NCBI GenBank assembly: GCA_905178155.1
Contig: CAJINV010000001.1
Location: forward strand, 667,643-731,642
Source of the DNA: Amoebophrya sp. A120
Taxonomy: Eukaryota > Protista > Dinoflagellata
Length of the DNA: 64,000 nt
Direction of reading: 5' to 3'
Notes under the pieces: model-generated
Seen by the model: only the letters and a program-made list of their open reading frames with translations
Told to the model about the DNA's origin: nothing
Database searches by the model: none
Shown here: piece after piece, positions 36,801 through 47,938 of the stretch
How positions within the stretch are numbered: position 1 is the stretch's first letter
Layout of the letters: each line of letters opens with the position of its first letter
Position numbers and translations under genes: made by a program

Positions 36801-39800
36801 CTTCAAATTTCCTTCGAAGAGGGACATTTGAAGTGGCCATCTTAAATTTCCTTGCTTCGATGAGGGAAAGTTGAAATGGCAATTGCGAACTTCCTTTGAT
36901 GAGGGAGCGTTGAAGTTAGTGGGCACTTCGATTTTCCTTCGATGGGGGAAAGTTGAAGGGCCCATTTCAAATTTCCTTCGATCATGGAAAGTTGAAGCGG
37001 CCACTTCGAATTTCCTTCGATGTGCGGGCGCGCGGTGCTCGTTTGCCTTCGAATCGATGCAACGCCATTGGCTGCGTATGGAGTGAGTGCGCGCGCGAAT
37101 TTTTTTTTGGTTCTATGGCTCTCATTCACTACAATCATATATAGTAAGTGTATAAAAGTAGAGAACAGTGCGCAGAAATCGAGCATACCATGTGGATTGG
37201 ATAGCATTAGCAGCTACGAGAATAGGGCAAGGTCCGTAAGTCCCTGAAGTCCCTAACGCTAGGTCCCTAAGCTCCCAAATTTTTAGCCTTCTATATAGGA
37301 TATGGTGGAGGTGCAACCCTGCAACCGACTCCCTTGCGGGACCGTAGTGGACTTATTGTGAGGAAAAATCCCCCCTCCCCATATTGAAAAGGTATGTTTC
37401 CAAAAATTTGTGTTGCGGATTTGAGGTCACAAATCACATCTGTCTTGCAAGAAGACAAGGGCAGAAGCTTCGCCCCATTATGGAAGCGATTTGTCATGCT
37501 GTTGGGCCTAAAGGGGAGCCGTTTGCCATGCTGAACAACTAGACCCATACGCCCCTACCTAGCCTGGGGATCTGGCCGCCATGCCTCCCTGCAATACAGA
37601 GCTGATTTGTGGCCACAAATCAGCATCACAAATTTCCGTTTTGGTATGGGGAGGGGGGATTTTTCATTTTGATAGGACTGCGCCTTCAGTTCCTGGACTT
37701 ATTGGTCCGATTGCAACGCACCCTGCAACGGGCTGCGAAATCGAACCAGGGAGGTCACCGCGTACCCGGAGTTCGGCGGCAATGCCTGCGACGGACCGCT
37801 CAAGGAAGTCGAATCGTATAGTACTTTTGATTGTCTCAACATACTCGTCCTATGCCACTGAAAAAAGGAGCAATCGTGATTTATCGATGTAGCAGAAGAA
37901 GTGGGCGCATGTTAGCTTTGCTAATGCGTAGAGCAGAATTTGACTCTGCGCCAGAACTACATACACCCAGGTGCAACACCGAGAAATCGCTTTGTATCGA
38001 TGAACCGCCGGAGCCGGTGGACTGTGTGTTCGACTCCTGGAGCTATTGGAGCAAGTGCAGCAAAACCTGCGGCACCGGCGTGCAGCACCAAACACGGGAC
38101 ATCAGCACGCCCGCGAAACACCTTGGCAAGCCCTGCCAGGGCGAAACCCTGCGCGTGCTATCAAATGTAAACATGTCTGGGTCTGGAAGGATGTAACCTG
38201 TGATGCGCATTTCAGAACACACAAAAATCTTTCATGCATAGGTAGCAAAAGCTGCTCACTTTCTGTCACCAAAATGGGGGATTTGTCATGCGGGTTCGGC
38301 ATTGCGTAAGCTTCTCGAAACCTGTGATGCTAGCGCTTCCATGCCAGACCTTCTGTGTCATGCCGAAACAGCATGACTCTTCCAGACCCAGACATTTTTG
38401 CATTTGATACGTGCGCCCCTGCAACGAAGACCCCTGCATCGAGCCGCCGCACGAGAGGCAAAACTGTGCCTACGAAGAGTGGGGCTACTGTATGACAATG
38501 AAAAACGCCTCCACCCCCGAACTTGGGAGCATTTGTATTGCAAACTTTTCCAAATGAAACATTCGCCCTCTTGCATCTATCAGCATCACAGATTTCCGAT
38601 CGTAAATAGCAAAAATTTGTATTGCAAAAGACCCCAGCAAAAGCGGCGCTTGTCATGCAAGCGATGCGACACACGCCTTGACTCTGCATCAGAAACGTGG
38701 CTCATACTCCTTTCATGCATGACAAAAAGTTTTCGTTTGGAAACTTTGCATCACAAATTTTTCCAACTTTGGGGGTGGGGGCATTTTTCCTCGCGATATA
38801 CTGGTCGGAGTGCACCGTCAGTTGCGGCGGGGGACAGAAGCAGAGAAAACGAGGCATTTCCCAGTACCCGAACAAATACGGGACGCCCTGCGCGCGCGAG
38901 TCTACGCTCGAGATCGCGGAGTGCAACACCAAGGAGTGCTACTGCCAAAATTGCGTCTGGGGTACTACAGTTAGACAAGCTGGTTGAGAATGTTGATAAA
39001 CCACTTCTTTTCTAGAACAAAAAATTTTTGGGTACGTCAACGAATTCTGATGCGGAGCCAGAAAGGTCGTGGAACCACCAAGGAACCACAACCTCCAGAG
39101 GTAAGTACTAACTTGCTTTTGGTTCGGCATGCAAAGTAGTAGACTACACTTCTGAACAACAAAGCACATGAATTACATCCTCTATCGCATTATATCTCGC
39201 AGGCGACTGGTCGGAGTTCGGGGCCTGCACGTGCGAGGGTCTGCAGGAGCGCCACCGCAAGGTCGCGATTCAACGAGACCCCTGTGGCGATCCCTGTGTG
39301 GGCGCCAAGGTGGAGACGCAAACTTGCAAACCCGACTGCATAAAAGAGCCGGTCGACTGCAAAATCGGAGAATGGGGCTATTGGAGCTTCTGCTCCAAAG
39401 ACTGCGGCGGGGGGCAGAAGGTGCGGACCCGGGAAATAGAAGTGCCGGAGAAAAACGAAGGAAAGCCATGCGGTAGAGAAGATGTGGTTTCGTTTGTTTG
39501 GCTCTAGTATCGTTCCAACTGTTTGATGGTATCTGATGTCTCTCGAATGACAACCGTGTGATGCATTTAGATTTAGATCGAAAATCTTAATAACCAAACG
39601 CGCATCTTCACCCCCATAATAGGCGAGCAAGACGTGAAGCAAATCGCGCCTTGCAACGAGGCACCGTGCAAGGAGAAACAGGATTGCGTTCTGAGCTACT
39701 GGACGGACTGGACTTCGTGTTCGCAGACGTGTGGTGGCGGCCAACAGTACCGAACACGAGAGGTGGAAACCCCGGCGAGCGCGGGCGGCACGCCCTGCGA

Positions 39801-42078
39801 GGGTAATTTGAAGGAAGTGGTCGCTTGCAACACCGACCCCTGCGTAGAACCGGTTGACTGCAAATGGGGCGAATGGACAGAGTACTACGTTCGTCTTGTT
39901 GATAAAAAAGACGAAGGCCTGATAGTTGTATAGTATCTACTTGCTTACTGCAATATTTTTGCACGACTTGCCGCGCAACAGAAAGCACAGTCAGATTATA
40001 CAAGCATTGCAAGGTAGTTCTAGTTAACAAAGACCGAGCAACCCCTCTACAACTTCCAGGTATGGTGCCTGCTCCGCGTCCTGCGGTGGCGGGGAAAAGG
40101 TCCGGGATCGCGAAATCGTTGTGGCCCCGCGGTTCGGCGGGAAGCTCTGCGAGCCGCACGTCAAAGAGGAGGTGGCGCCCTGCAACCAGCAGAGTTGCGA
40201 CACGCACTGCATTGACGGGGCCTGGGATGAGTGGGCGGCCTGGTCTGCCTGCACGGCCACCTGCGGCACCGGATTTCAGTGGCGCCACCGCGAGATCCTG
40301 CAGCGGCCCAACGGCTGCGGCAAGCCGCTCGAGGGGCTAAGGGAGGAGGTCCGAAAGTGCGACGACCTATACCCCTGCGAGGTCGAGGTGGAGGACTGTG
40401 TATTTGACGAGTGGGGCAGCTGGGGCGACTGCAGCTGCACCTGCAACGGGATCCGGGATAGAAGCAGAAGAATATACCAAGTCTCCAAGAACGGAGGTAC
40501 TAAATAAATATGTAAGTAAGTGATTGTTAATATCGTAGTTGTGGATGAAGTTGAAGATAATCATCACGGCAGTAGAAGACCGGCAGCAGCTCTCATTGCG
40601 TCATGTTTTTTTCGCACGAAACGCCGTGAGACGCAAGAGCAATTTATAGAACACCAACAAAACGCCAGGTAAGCCCTGCAAGGGATCACTGAAGGAGATC
40701 GAGCCCTGCAACGTAAAGTCCTGCACGGTTTTATCCTGAGGAAAAACGTCCCCACCCCATAGTCACGATGGGAAATCTGCTAGAGAAATCAACGAGCTTT
40801 GGCTGTTGCGCATGACAAGTTTGGCCTCTTAGTGTGGTCCTGTTTGGCTAGTGCAGCAGCCTCACAGATTTAGCACACGGCGCGGATTTGAGCGCCACAA
40901 ATGGCAAAGCGCCAAGAGTACTAGAAACTGCATCGCATGGGTCTACTCCGCATGAGAAACATTCTCAGCATGCAGATTTGCATTGATAAGTATACAGCTC
41001 TGGGGTGGGGACGTTTTTACAAATGATTGGTTTTCGACCCGGTCGACTGCGTGCTTTCCGAATGGTCCTACTGGAGTAGCTGCTCGGCCACCTGCGCCGG
41101 CGGCGCCCGGGAGCGCACCCGGAAGATTGAGGTGGCCCCGAAAAACAACGGGAAGCCTTGTGAGCGCTCATTGCACGAGGTAGAGGCTTGCAACTCGCAG
41201 CGGTGCGACACTGCGGTAGACTGCAAGTGGAGCGATTGGTCTGCGTGGTCCGAGTGCACAGCAGGTATGATTTGTTGATTGTGATAAAGCCACCTGAAGT
41301 TCATGAAGTTCACAGAAGGTTAAAGATGAATTTTTCGAACGTAAGTACTTTTTTATCGAGAAGAAACAGAAGAAAATATACGACTCAAACGCAGAATGCG
41401 GCGGCGGGCAGAAGACGCGATTTCGACGGGTAAAAAATCTGCCAAAAGACGGCGGTACCGAGTGCCGCATGATGGATGCCCAAGAGGAGGCCCCGTGTAA
41501 CACGCACGTGTGTGGCGAGGTGAACTACTGCACCTGGTCGGACTGGACGGAGTTTAGCGAGTGCAGTGTCACCTGCGGCCTCGGGTCCATGGAGAGGTCA
41601 CGAACCTTGTCGCACAGTACAGAAAAACCCTCGGTGGTAACCAACGTGATAGCAACAGGTATTAGATTACTTATACTTTCATTTTACACTGGCGGGTGGC
41701 AAAGGAAGAAACCGAGGAGGTCTCTACGGAGGTTCGGTTGCGCAGGGTTACTTTTGTACGCATGATTGAAGAACTAGAACTAAAGTCGGAGCTCTTGCTG
41801 TGTGATGGGTGCTGGGAAATAAACATGCTCACTGTTATGAAACCAATTTGTAAGGTATTCTCGATGCCGTCTTCCGACACAACGCCGGCTTAGCCCGGTT
41901 CAACGCGGAGCACATAGCACTTACCTTCATAGGGGGCTTTGTCAGCGCTCTAGTGGCACTGTTTTTGCTGACACGAAGGTCATGGAGCAGGGGAACAAAT
42001 ACTGGACAAGAGGGCCGCGGCTTCAGTTCCATTGTCGAGGGCGATATCGAGCTGCAAGACCATGAGCTGGTTGAGTAG
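33862..42078 (+). CDS. Thrombospondin type-1 repeat membrane protein, copy 2 (signal peptide, 16 TSP1 repeats, TM, acidic tail)
   Basis: Starts MRVATALLLAGA; 16 TSP1 repeats collinear with copy 1; ends EHIALTFIGGFVSALVALFLL..EGDIELQDHELVE*. 8 introners, one large insertion and several GT-AG introns. Confidence 0.85.
34297..34555. mobile_element. Introner family A
   Basis: Family A TIRs, DR AATAG. Confidence 0.92.
34909..35230. mobile_element. Introner family B
   Basis: Family B TIRs, DR CATCG, joins RHI|EAV. Confidence 0.92.
35299..35535. mobile_element. Introner family E
   Basis: 40-bp TIR TATGG(G/A)GCTCTCAA..GTTACATTCTCAACTGTTACATGA, DR GTGCA. Confidence 0.92.
35833..36153. mobile_element. 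Introner family B
   Basis: Family B TIRs, DR GTCGA. Confidence 0.92.
36199..37296. mobile_element. 1.1-kb non-coding insertion flanked by a 41-bp exon duplication, with inverted TTAGGGAC-type ends
   Basis: AGGATATGGTGGAGGTGCAACCCTGCAACCGACTCCCTTGC occurs at 36158-36198 and 37297-37337; left end CCTTAGGGACTTAGGGACC, right end GTCCCTGAAGTCCCTAA..GGTCCCTAAG. Confidence 0.8.
36515..37022. repeat. ~39-bp tandem repeat array, ~13 degenerate units
   Basis: Consensus TTTCCTTCGATGAGGGAAAGTTGAAGCGGCCACTTCGAA. Confidence 0.92.
37354..37674. mobile_element. Introner family B
   Basis: Family B TIRs, DR GGACT, joins VVD|CAFS. Confidence 0.92.
38159..38409. mobile_element. Introner family A
   Basis: Family A TIRs, DR CGTGC. 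Confidence 0.92.
38491..38798. mobile_element. Introner, B2 subfamily
   Basis: Sibling of 12684-12989, DR TACTG, joins WGY|WSEC. Confidence 0.92.
40732..41028. mobile_element. Introner, B3 subfamily
   Basis: AAAAACGTCCCCACCCCA / TGGGGTGGGGACGTTTTT, DR GGTTT. Confidence 0.88.
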
Positions 42079-42985
42079 CGGACTGCATGCTTTTCCAAAA
42101 AAGTTCCATAAGTAGATTATGCTTTAATAAAGTTTTTAAGAAGCACAAGGACCACCACATCTACATAGCTCTGTTCCTCTACAGAAATCCAACTGTTACG
42201 TAGATAGATTCACGATGTCAGAAGTCCATTTTGTGGACCCATTTTCCTTCTGGACGCACGGAACAGCGGCCTTGAGACGTGGAAAGATGGTCGTCAACAT
42301 GGAACGCGGAATACTAAAAACCAGTGTGATTTACCACGACGAGTAAAAATTCAGTAAATTCGAGAACACAGCTAGTATTCTGAATCCGCCAAGAGCGTTC
42401 CGCCCGCGGTTGCGAAGACGGGCAAAATGTAAAAACCGCCCCCCGCAGTGCATACAAGGGGAATTCTTGCAGGCCAAGAATGCTCGAGAAACTAACTCTC
42501 ATGTCGGTCGTGCTCGTGTACAGAATAACATTAAAGATCCTACCAGGGAAGTAAAACGGAGATCACACCAGCCGTGAAGAGGTACCAGGACCGGATCCGA
42601 CTCCTTGAGAAGGTGCAGCACTGGTAGCGCGAGACGATGTTGAAGAATCAATTGGGTCACAAGATGAAGTAGTAATTAAAATGAATCGAGTTCATTCAAG
42701 CTCATTACTAGAAGAAAACAAATGGAAAAAATGCATGATCCGACTTCGCCGAGACCGACACTGAATGTCGGCGAATGACAGTGCATGGCCTAAGCTAATA
42801 TTTGATGTTTCGTTGTCGACCATAAACTACGAACTTTAACTTTTATACTTGTTTTCCCATGGCATCTTCAGTGTGAGTGTCGCCGTTTCAGGCTCGATGA
42901 ATAAGTACACCGATTGAGCATGATGCGTTGAATATTCTCTATGTACACGTGACTCTCTGCTCCTCAATACAAACTCAACGGAATC

Positions 42986-44290
42986 ATGAAGTTCCACCTC
43001 CTGACCGCCTACACCGACGACGGTTATCGCGAGGTTGGCGACCTGTGCGCCGAGGTGAACGAGAAGTATGCGGCGTATTGGAATTATGCGTCCTTCACCG
43101 CCGTGGTTAAGTCTAAGGAGGAAATGATGCAGGTAGTCGGCTCCCGCGGCCACCCAACCTGGTACAAGGTGCATTTATTTCGGGAGTGGCTAAGGGATGA
43201 GGCTAGGAAGGTTTCTGTCTCCGATGATAGAATCGAGCAGGACCAGGAGTACGAATACCTCGTGTGGCTGGACGCGGACGCTGTGGTGGTAGATTTCCAG
43301 AAGTCATTGGAAAAAATCGTACAAAACGCAGACCACAAGGACCTCATTATCGCCGAGGACATGCACTCGGGTAACTTGGTGAATTGTGGCGTGATTCTGA
43401 TAAAAAACTCCGACTGGAGCCGGAACTTGTGGGACCGCGTTTGGAAACTGCAGCGAACGGTCCAAAGTAACCGGAGAAAAAGAGAGGTGGTTCTTGTTGA
43501 AGAAGAGGAGCCAGCACAGGTGCCTGTTTCAGAAAACACAACTAAGGAAAACGATGTTGAACAAAATAAAGAGTACTACAACAAGCCTTTCTACGAACAG
43601 ACTGCATTGCAGAAAGTGCTGAAGTCACTGGGGCAGTTTGCGACTTTTTTCACTGGCGACAACATGGAAGACGTTTTGTTGAAGACGTCGAGCACAGCTA
43701 CGAGGAGAATTTTGGGCGAGGAAATGCATGAAGGAGTGGAGGTAGTAGATTCGGCCACTGTTCATCTTGGAGACGAAGTTGAGCAGCAGCCCGTGATCAT
43801 ATCGTCCACGTCGACCCAGAAACGAAGACAGAAGTGGGACGGCTGGCACTCTTTTCACCAACCGGGGAACATCCTCAAAGACGTTTCTGTACCAGAGGAT
43901 GATGCTTATAATTTTTCCGGTCGTACGAACAGCACTGGTACCTGTACAACCACAGATCATTTGGTGGACCAGCAGCATTTGAACTTGAAGCACTTCGCAA
44001 ACGTGTGTATCTATCCGATTCACAAGCTGAACAGTAACATCACGGACGACGCCTTGAGGCTGCTCCAGGAGAACAAACAGCCGAGAGGGACGTCCTTCCG
44101 CATGAACGGGAACAAGAGAAACTACCACAGGAGAACCGAGTTCATCTTTCACGCCGCCGGGGCGAACAAGAAAAAACCGCTAATAGAAGGCATGCTCAAG
44201 GCACGCAGAACGCTTGATGATGTTCTTCTTCACGGGGAGAATTTTTCGACGGTGAATCATGAGCAGGCATTGATGAACGCCGTCGCATAG
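42986..44290 (+). CDS. Glycosyltransferase family 34 (GMA12/MNN10-like), intronless
   Basis: WYKVHL..EYLVWLDADAVVVD..DLIIAED..VNCGVILIKNSDWS..YEQTAL..FIFHAAG. Confidence 0.85.
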   Translation: MKFHLLTAYTDDGYREVGDLCAEVNEKYAAYWNYASFTAVVKSKEEMMQVVGSRGHPTWYKVHLFREWLRDEARKVSVSDDRIEQDQEYEYLVWLDADAVVVDFQKSLEKIVQNADHKDLIIAEDMHSGNLVNCGVILIKNSDWSRNLWDRVWKLQRTVQSNRRKREVVLVEEEEPAQVPVSENTTKENDVEQNKEYYNKPFYEQTALQKVLKSLGQFATFFTGDNMEDVLLKTSSTATRRILGEEMHEGVEVVDSATVHLGDEVEQQPVIISSTSTQKRRQKWDGWHSFHQPGNILKDVSVPEDDAYNFSGRTNSTGTCTTTDHLVDQQHLNLKHFANVCIYPIHKLNSNITDDALRLLQENKQPRGTSFRMNGNKRNYHRRTEFIFHAAGANKKKPLIEGMLKARRTLDDVLLHGENFSTVNHEQALMNAVA

Positions 44291-44987
44291 TGGTACTAAC
44301 GTAACATATCTGCTTCGCTGTTGAGCGACTTTCTATCTGAAGAAGCGACACCTGACAAACATAACATGTTCACATCAAGACAATACGCCGCGTGTGCTAG
44401 TACCTAAAGTTCGCCTAACCACAGGTCGTTGCCAGAGGCTGCCAACTGTTCTTTGTAGTTTTTCGAGCGCTTCTTTTGACTCTGAAACAGGATCAGGATG
44501 AGGATCTGTATTATTTAAGCGAGGAACGGTGTCGTGGATCTACAACTATACGCAATTTTACTACGAAACCCCGAGAAGGAGTGCGTACAGAAGATCTTTT
44601 GAATTCGAAAGAAAGTGCGTTTTTGCGATGCTTTCAGCTAAGGCTATAGCTAGGGCTGTATTTCTCATGTTTTTTTGTCCCCTTTCCTTCGTCCGTACTG
44701 TGAGGGCGGGTGCGTTTGACGTAATTCACGTTTTCCATTTTTCATCCTGATCCTCTGTCAGTGCATCTATGCAAATTTTTCAATCCGATACGCGAACGTG
44801 GTTCGTCTCGCATTTCTATTTCTACACATTGACCCCCAGCAATTTATTCTTGTCGAAGTCAGCCCTTTAGTATATTTTGGAGGACACTTCTTCTACTTGC
44901 AGGTGGTTCTACCTGTAGTAAAAAGAATCACAGAAGAATATACATAGCATCACGATAGTCTGGCATCTACTGCGCAGCACGAGGACG

Positions 44988-46631
44988 ATGATCGCACCAC
45001 TTAAGCAGGCGCCGGTCTTGTGGCTGTTCCTCCTAGGGGCAGCTGCGAGTTCGTCCACTCAGTTTGCCTACGCATCGAACTCGCCACAGAATGGCAGCAA
45101 GAAAGGGAACCCGAACCACAAAGTGCCCACCAAAGCCCTGCCCTCTAGTCCGCAGGCGATGTACCAACTGCAGCGCGACTTAGAACGTTCACAGAAACGT
45201 TTTCGGGAGGTGAAGCAGGAGCGAGATCAGTTCATGCAAGAGCGCGACGATCTGAAGGCAGAAAATGAAAAGATGCAAACAGAACGGGAACAAATCCTCC
45301 GTGACTTCGAGCAGGTGAAAATGCAGCTTGCGGAAAGCAATCAGAGGCACGCGGGGATTGCGGAGGAGGTGCAGCAGCTGCAGCATACTCTGTTCCTGCT
45401 CGAGCAGAGGCGCGCGGCGAACATAACGGCCTCTCAGGAGCAAATCGTTGCTCTGAAGAGTCAACTGGTGGACTCGGAAATTAGGTTCGCACTGATCTCT
45501 GCAACGATGGAACAAGGAGCAGGAGTAGAGATGAAAAGCGAACATCAGGGGGTGTTGGACGCGAAGAATCACGATGAGGATGTTGATGTGCAGGCTGCCA
45601 ATATCGCGCAGGCCCTGGGGAATCTGCAACTTCGAGTCGGGAAGAGCAGGGTATTGCAAGATGAACTTCGAGGTGCGGAAAGTGATTGCGAGGAGGACAA
45701 GGGAAGAACGCTGCGCCTGAAACTGAATATGAAATCTCTGCCCGGACAGGTGCCGTCGCCGAGTACGAAAAATAAATCGAGCTTACTCACAACCAGCACT
45801 TTATTGCGTGGCATGAAGAAGACAGACACATCTTTGAACGAGGACGGCGATAAAAGCTTGCTGTACCCTACTGATGCGACGGCACAATTTTACAACAACG
45901 ATCGACTAGACTCTCAACCACGAACATCACTGGACTCTCTTGCCAGGATCCACTCTGCAGGGTCGCTCGATGTTGACGGGGGTTCATCTGATGTGATCGT
46001 CCCAAATAGTCACCTCGTGTCGCGGGGGGGCGGCGACCACACGTCAGTACTGCGCGACTTTGGCTTTGCTCCGGCTCCGAAGACCACGACCGGGCTGCTC
46101 GGCGAGAGTCCGCATGCGTATGCATCATCAATTCGGGGCGCATTTCAGCATCCCTCGAGCTCCGAAGACAAGACTGCCAACACCCCCAGCGAACAAAACA
46201 AGACTGCAAAGGTGGACTCATTTCGAAGCACCAGCTCCAGTGCAACCTCCTTTGGAGGACCATTCGACGAGCAAAGCGCGGAGGGCAGGAGCGACAATAC
46301 TAGCAACAGACAAAAGCTTAAGGTAGAGGAGTTGCGTGATGGTGCACCGGCGTTGCTCGGTCCGCGGCATCTGCTGCAGATTGAGAATACTCTACAGGAG
46401 ATGCATAACGAGAAGAGTGAGCTGAAAGCGAAGGTCGAGCGCATCAACAGCGAAGAGAAGGTGCTTGAATGGCTTTCAAAATCCGAGCAGCGGGACGAAC
46501 TGCATCACCGTTCGGAAGCGGCCACCGCGGATGGAGACTCCCCGCCGCCTGTTCCGGCTCTTGCCGCCGCCGGATCTGCGTACGAAGTGCGGCCGGTCTT
46601 TAATTTGGACGGTTCTGGGACGAGCTTGTGA
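44988..46631 (+). CDS. Hypothetical coiled-coil protein with signal-peptide-like N-terminus, intronless
   Basis: 547-aa ORF with VLWLFLLGAAA followed by long Q/E/R heptads. Confidence 0.75.
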   Translation: MIAPLKQAPVLWLFLLGAAASSSTQFAYASNSPQNGSKKGNPNHKVPTKALPSSPQAMYQLQRDLERSQKRFREVKQERDQFMQERDDLKAENEKMQTEREQILRDFEQVKMQLAESNQRHAGIAEEVQQLQHTLFLLEQRRAANITASQEQIVALKSQLVDSEIRFALISATMEQGAGVEMKSEHQGVLDAKNHDEDVDVQAANIAQALGNLQLRVGKSRVLQDELRGAESDCEEDKGRTLRLKLNMKSLPGQVPSPSTKNKSSLLTTSTLLRGMKKTDTSLNEDGDKSLLYPTDATAQFYNNDRLDSQPRTSLDSLARIHSAGSLDVDGGSSDVIVPNSHLVSRGGGDHTSVLRDFGFAPAPKTTTGLLGESPHAYASSIRGAFQHPSSSEDKTANTPSEQNKTAKVDSFRSTSSSATSFGGPFDEQSAEGRSDNTSNRQKLKVEELRDGAPALLGPRHLLQIENTLQEMHNEKSELKAKVERINSEEKVLEWLSKSEQRDELHHRSEAATADGDSPPPVPALAAAGSAYEVRPVFNLDGSGTSL

Positions 46632-47938
46632 AGATAAAAAACTCCGATAGGAGTTCGATCTCGAACACATCGAAAGACAATTTTTTGTAAAAAGCTGATA
46701 AGATAGCGATTGCGATTCGCAGCTTCTCGAGGGATCAAATTTTTGAAAAAGCGATCGACACACCTGGCCATCCTGCACATAGATTTTTTTGATTTCAGCG
46801 AGCCGACGCGTTTTTTGCAAAAGAACGCATTCAGTCGGTATTTCGGCACAGAAACCACAAACATAAAGAAGATAGTGCAACGTGACCCGCAAAGGTAACT
46901 ACATTTTCCTGTCCAGCTACAAATTCATTTTCCGTTCGTGCGCGCGATAGGTTTCTCTTTCTGTATGCAGGGGGACACGAATCTGACGAAAGAAACTGTT
47001 AGAGCTCCATCTGGTTCATCCCGAGCATGGACTTCTGAGTTTCATGTCTGCTAGAGCGCCGAGCAAAAACAACGCGGGGAAAACCAAAATGCATGATTTG
47101 TACGACCTTATGAGCTATTTTTTCTTGGTTTGGAACTCCAATAACTCTCTCAACGAACCTGCTCAGAAGTCGAGCAGTTTACCCTTGACAATCGAGTATG
47201 AAAATTCTTTTGCTGTTCGCTGACGGTATGAACAGTCTCTCCGATTATCGAAGGTGTCGGTTCACGGTAGATGCACCCCATGATGAGTAGGAAAAGATAA
47301 AAGACGACGATCTGAAGGAAGAACTACCGGTGGTCAACATCTGTATACTAATGATAAATTTTTCATCGAGGTTGATGTCCGGCGACTATTTCGCAAAAAG
47401 CGATTCTCGCAAGTACTTACGATATGTGGATTAAAAGCGTTTTTATCCCAGTACTGTACTAATCATGGTTTTGTTGACACACGCCAACATCATCAGGAAA
47501 TGCAGCGACGTTCATGGTAAGAATCGGATGAGGATCATTTGCGCAGCACAGCAGTGCGTTCACGTCTATTTTTGCTTCGAGGTTGATGTCTTGCAGTAGC
47601 AGTTTCTTGATTTTTGATTCATGGGAGAAGGATCCTTTGTTTCAATCTCACAAAGAGTACTGAAGAGCACGGACGTAGCATTAGAAACGCGCGCGAACAT
47701 CATCATGAGCTTAGTTGTGATCCGGGCCACGCTCTATTTTGCCACCTTCGTACTTACCAAGATGTGAGCACCAGTAAGAACGCGATGTGAAAAATAAGTC
47801 CCACATCACGATAGGCGCTCGTCATCTGTCGCAATTCGACGAAGTTGTTTGATATTCGGCAGGTCAGAGAGCAAAAGATCAAGGTGGAAAGAAGATCCAA
47901 CGCGGAGTTAAACGCGTTTGTTGCGCGAAACTTTGGCT

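Noticed and set aside
36208-37004. Minus-strand repeat proteins (HRRKFEVAASTF.. / LIEGNLKWPLQLS..)
   Set aside because: A by-product of a 39-bp unit that stays open in several frames at once
36515-37022. CRISPR array
   Set aside because: The units are contiguous degenerate tandem copies with no unique spacers, no cas genes are seen, and the context is eukaryotic
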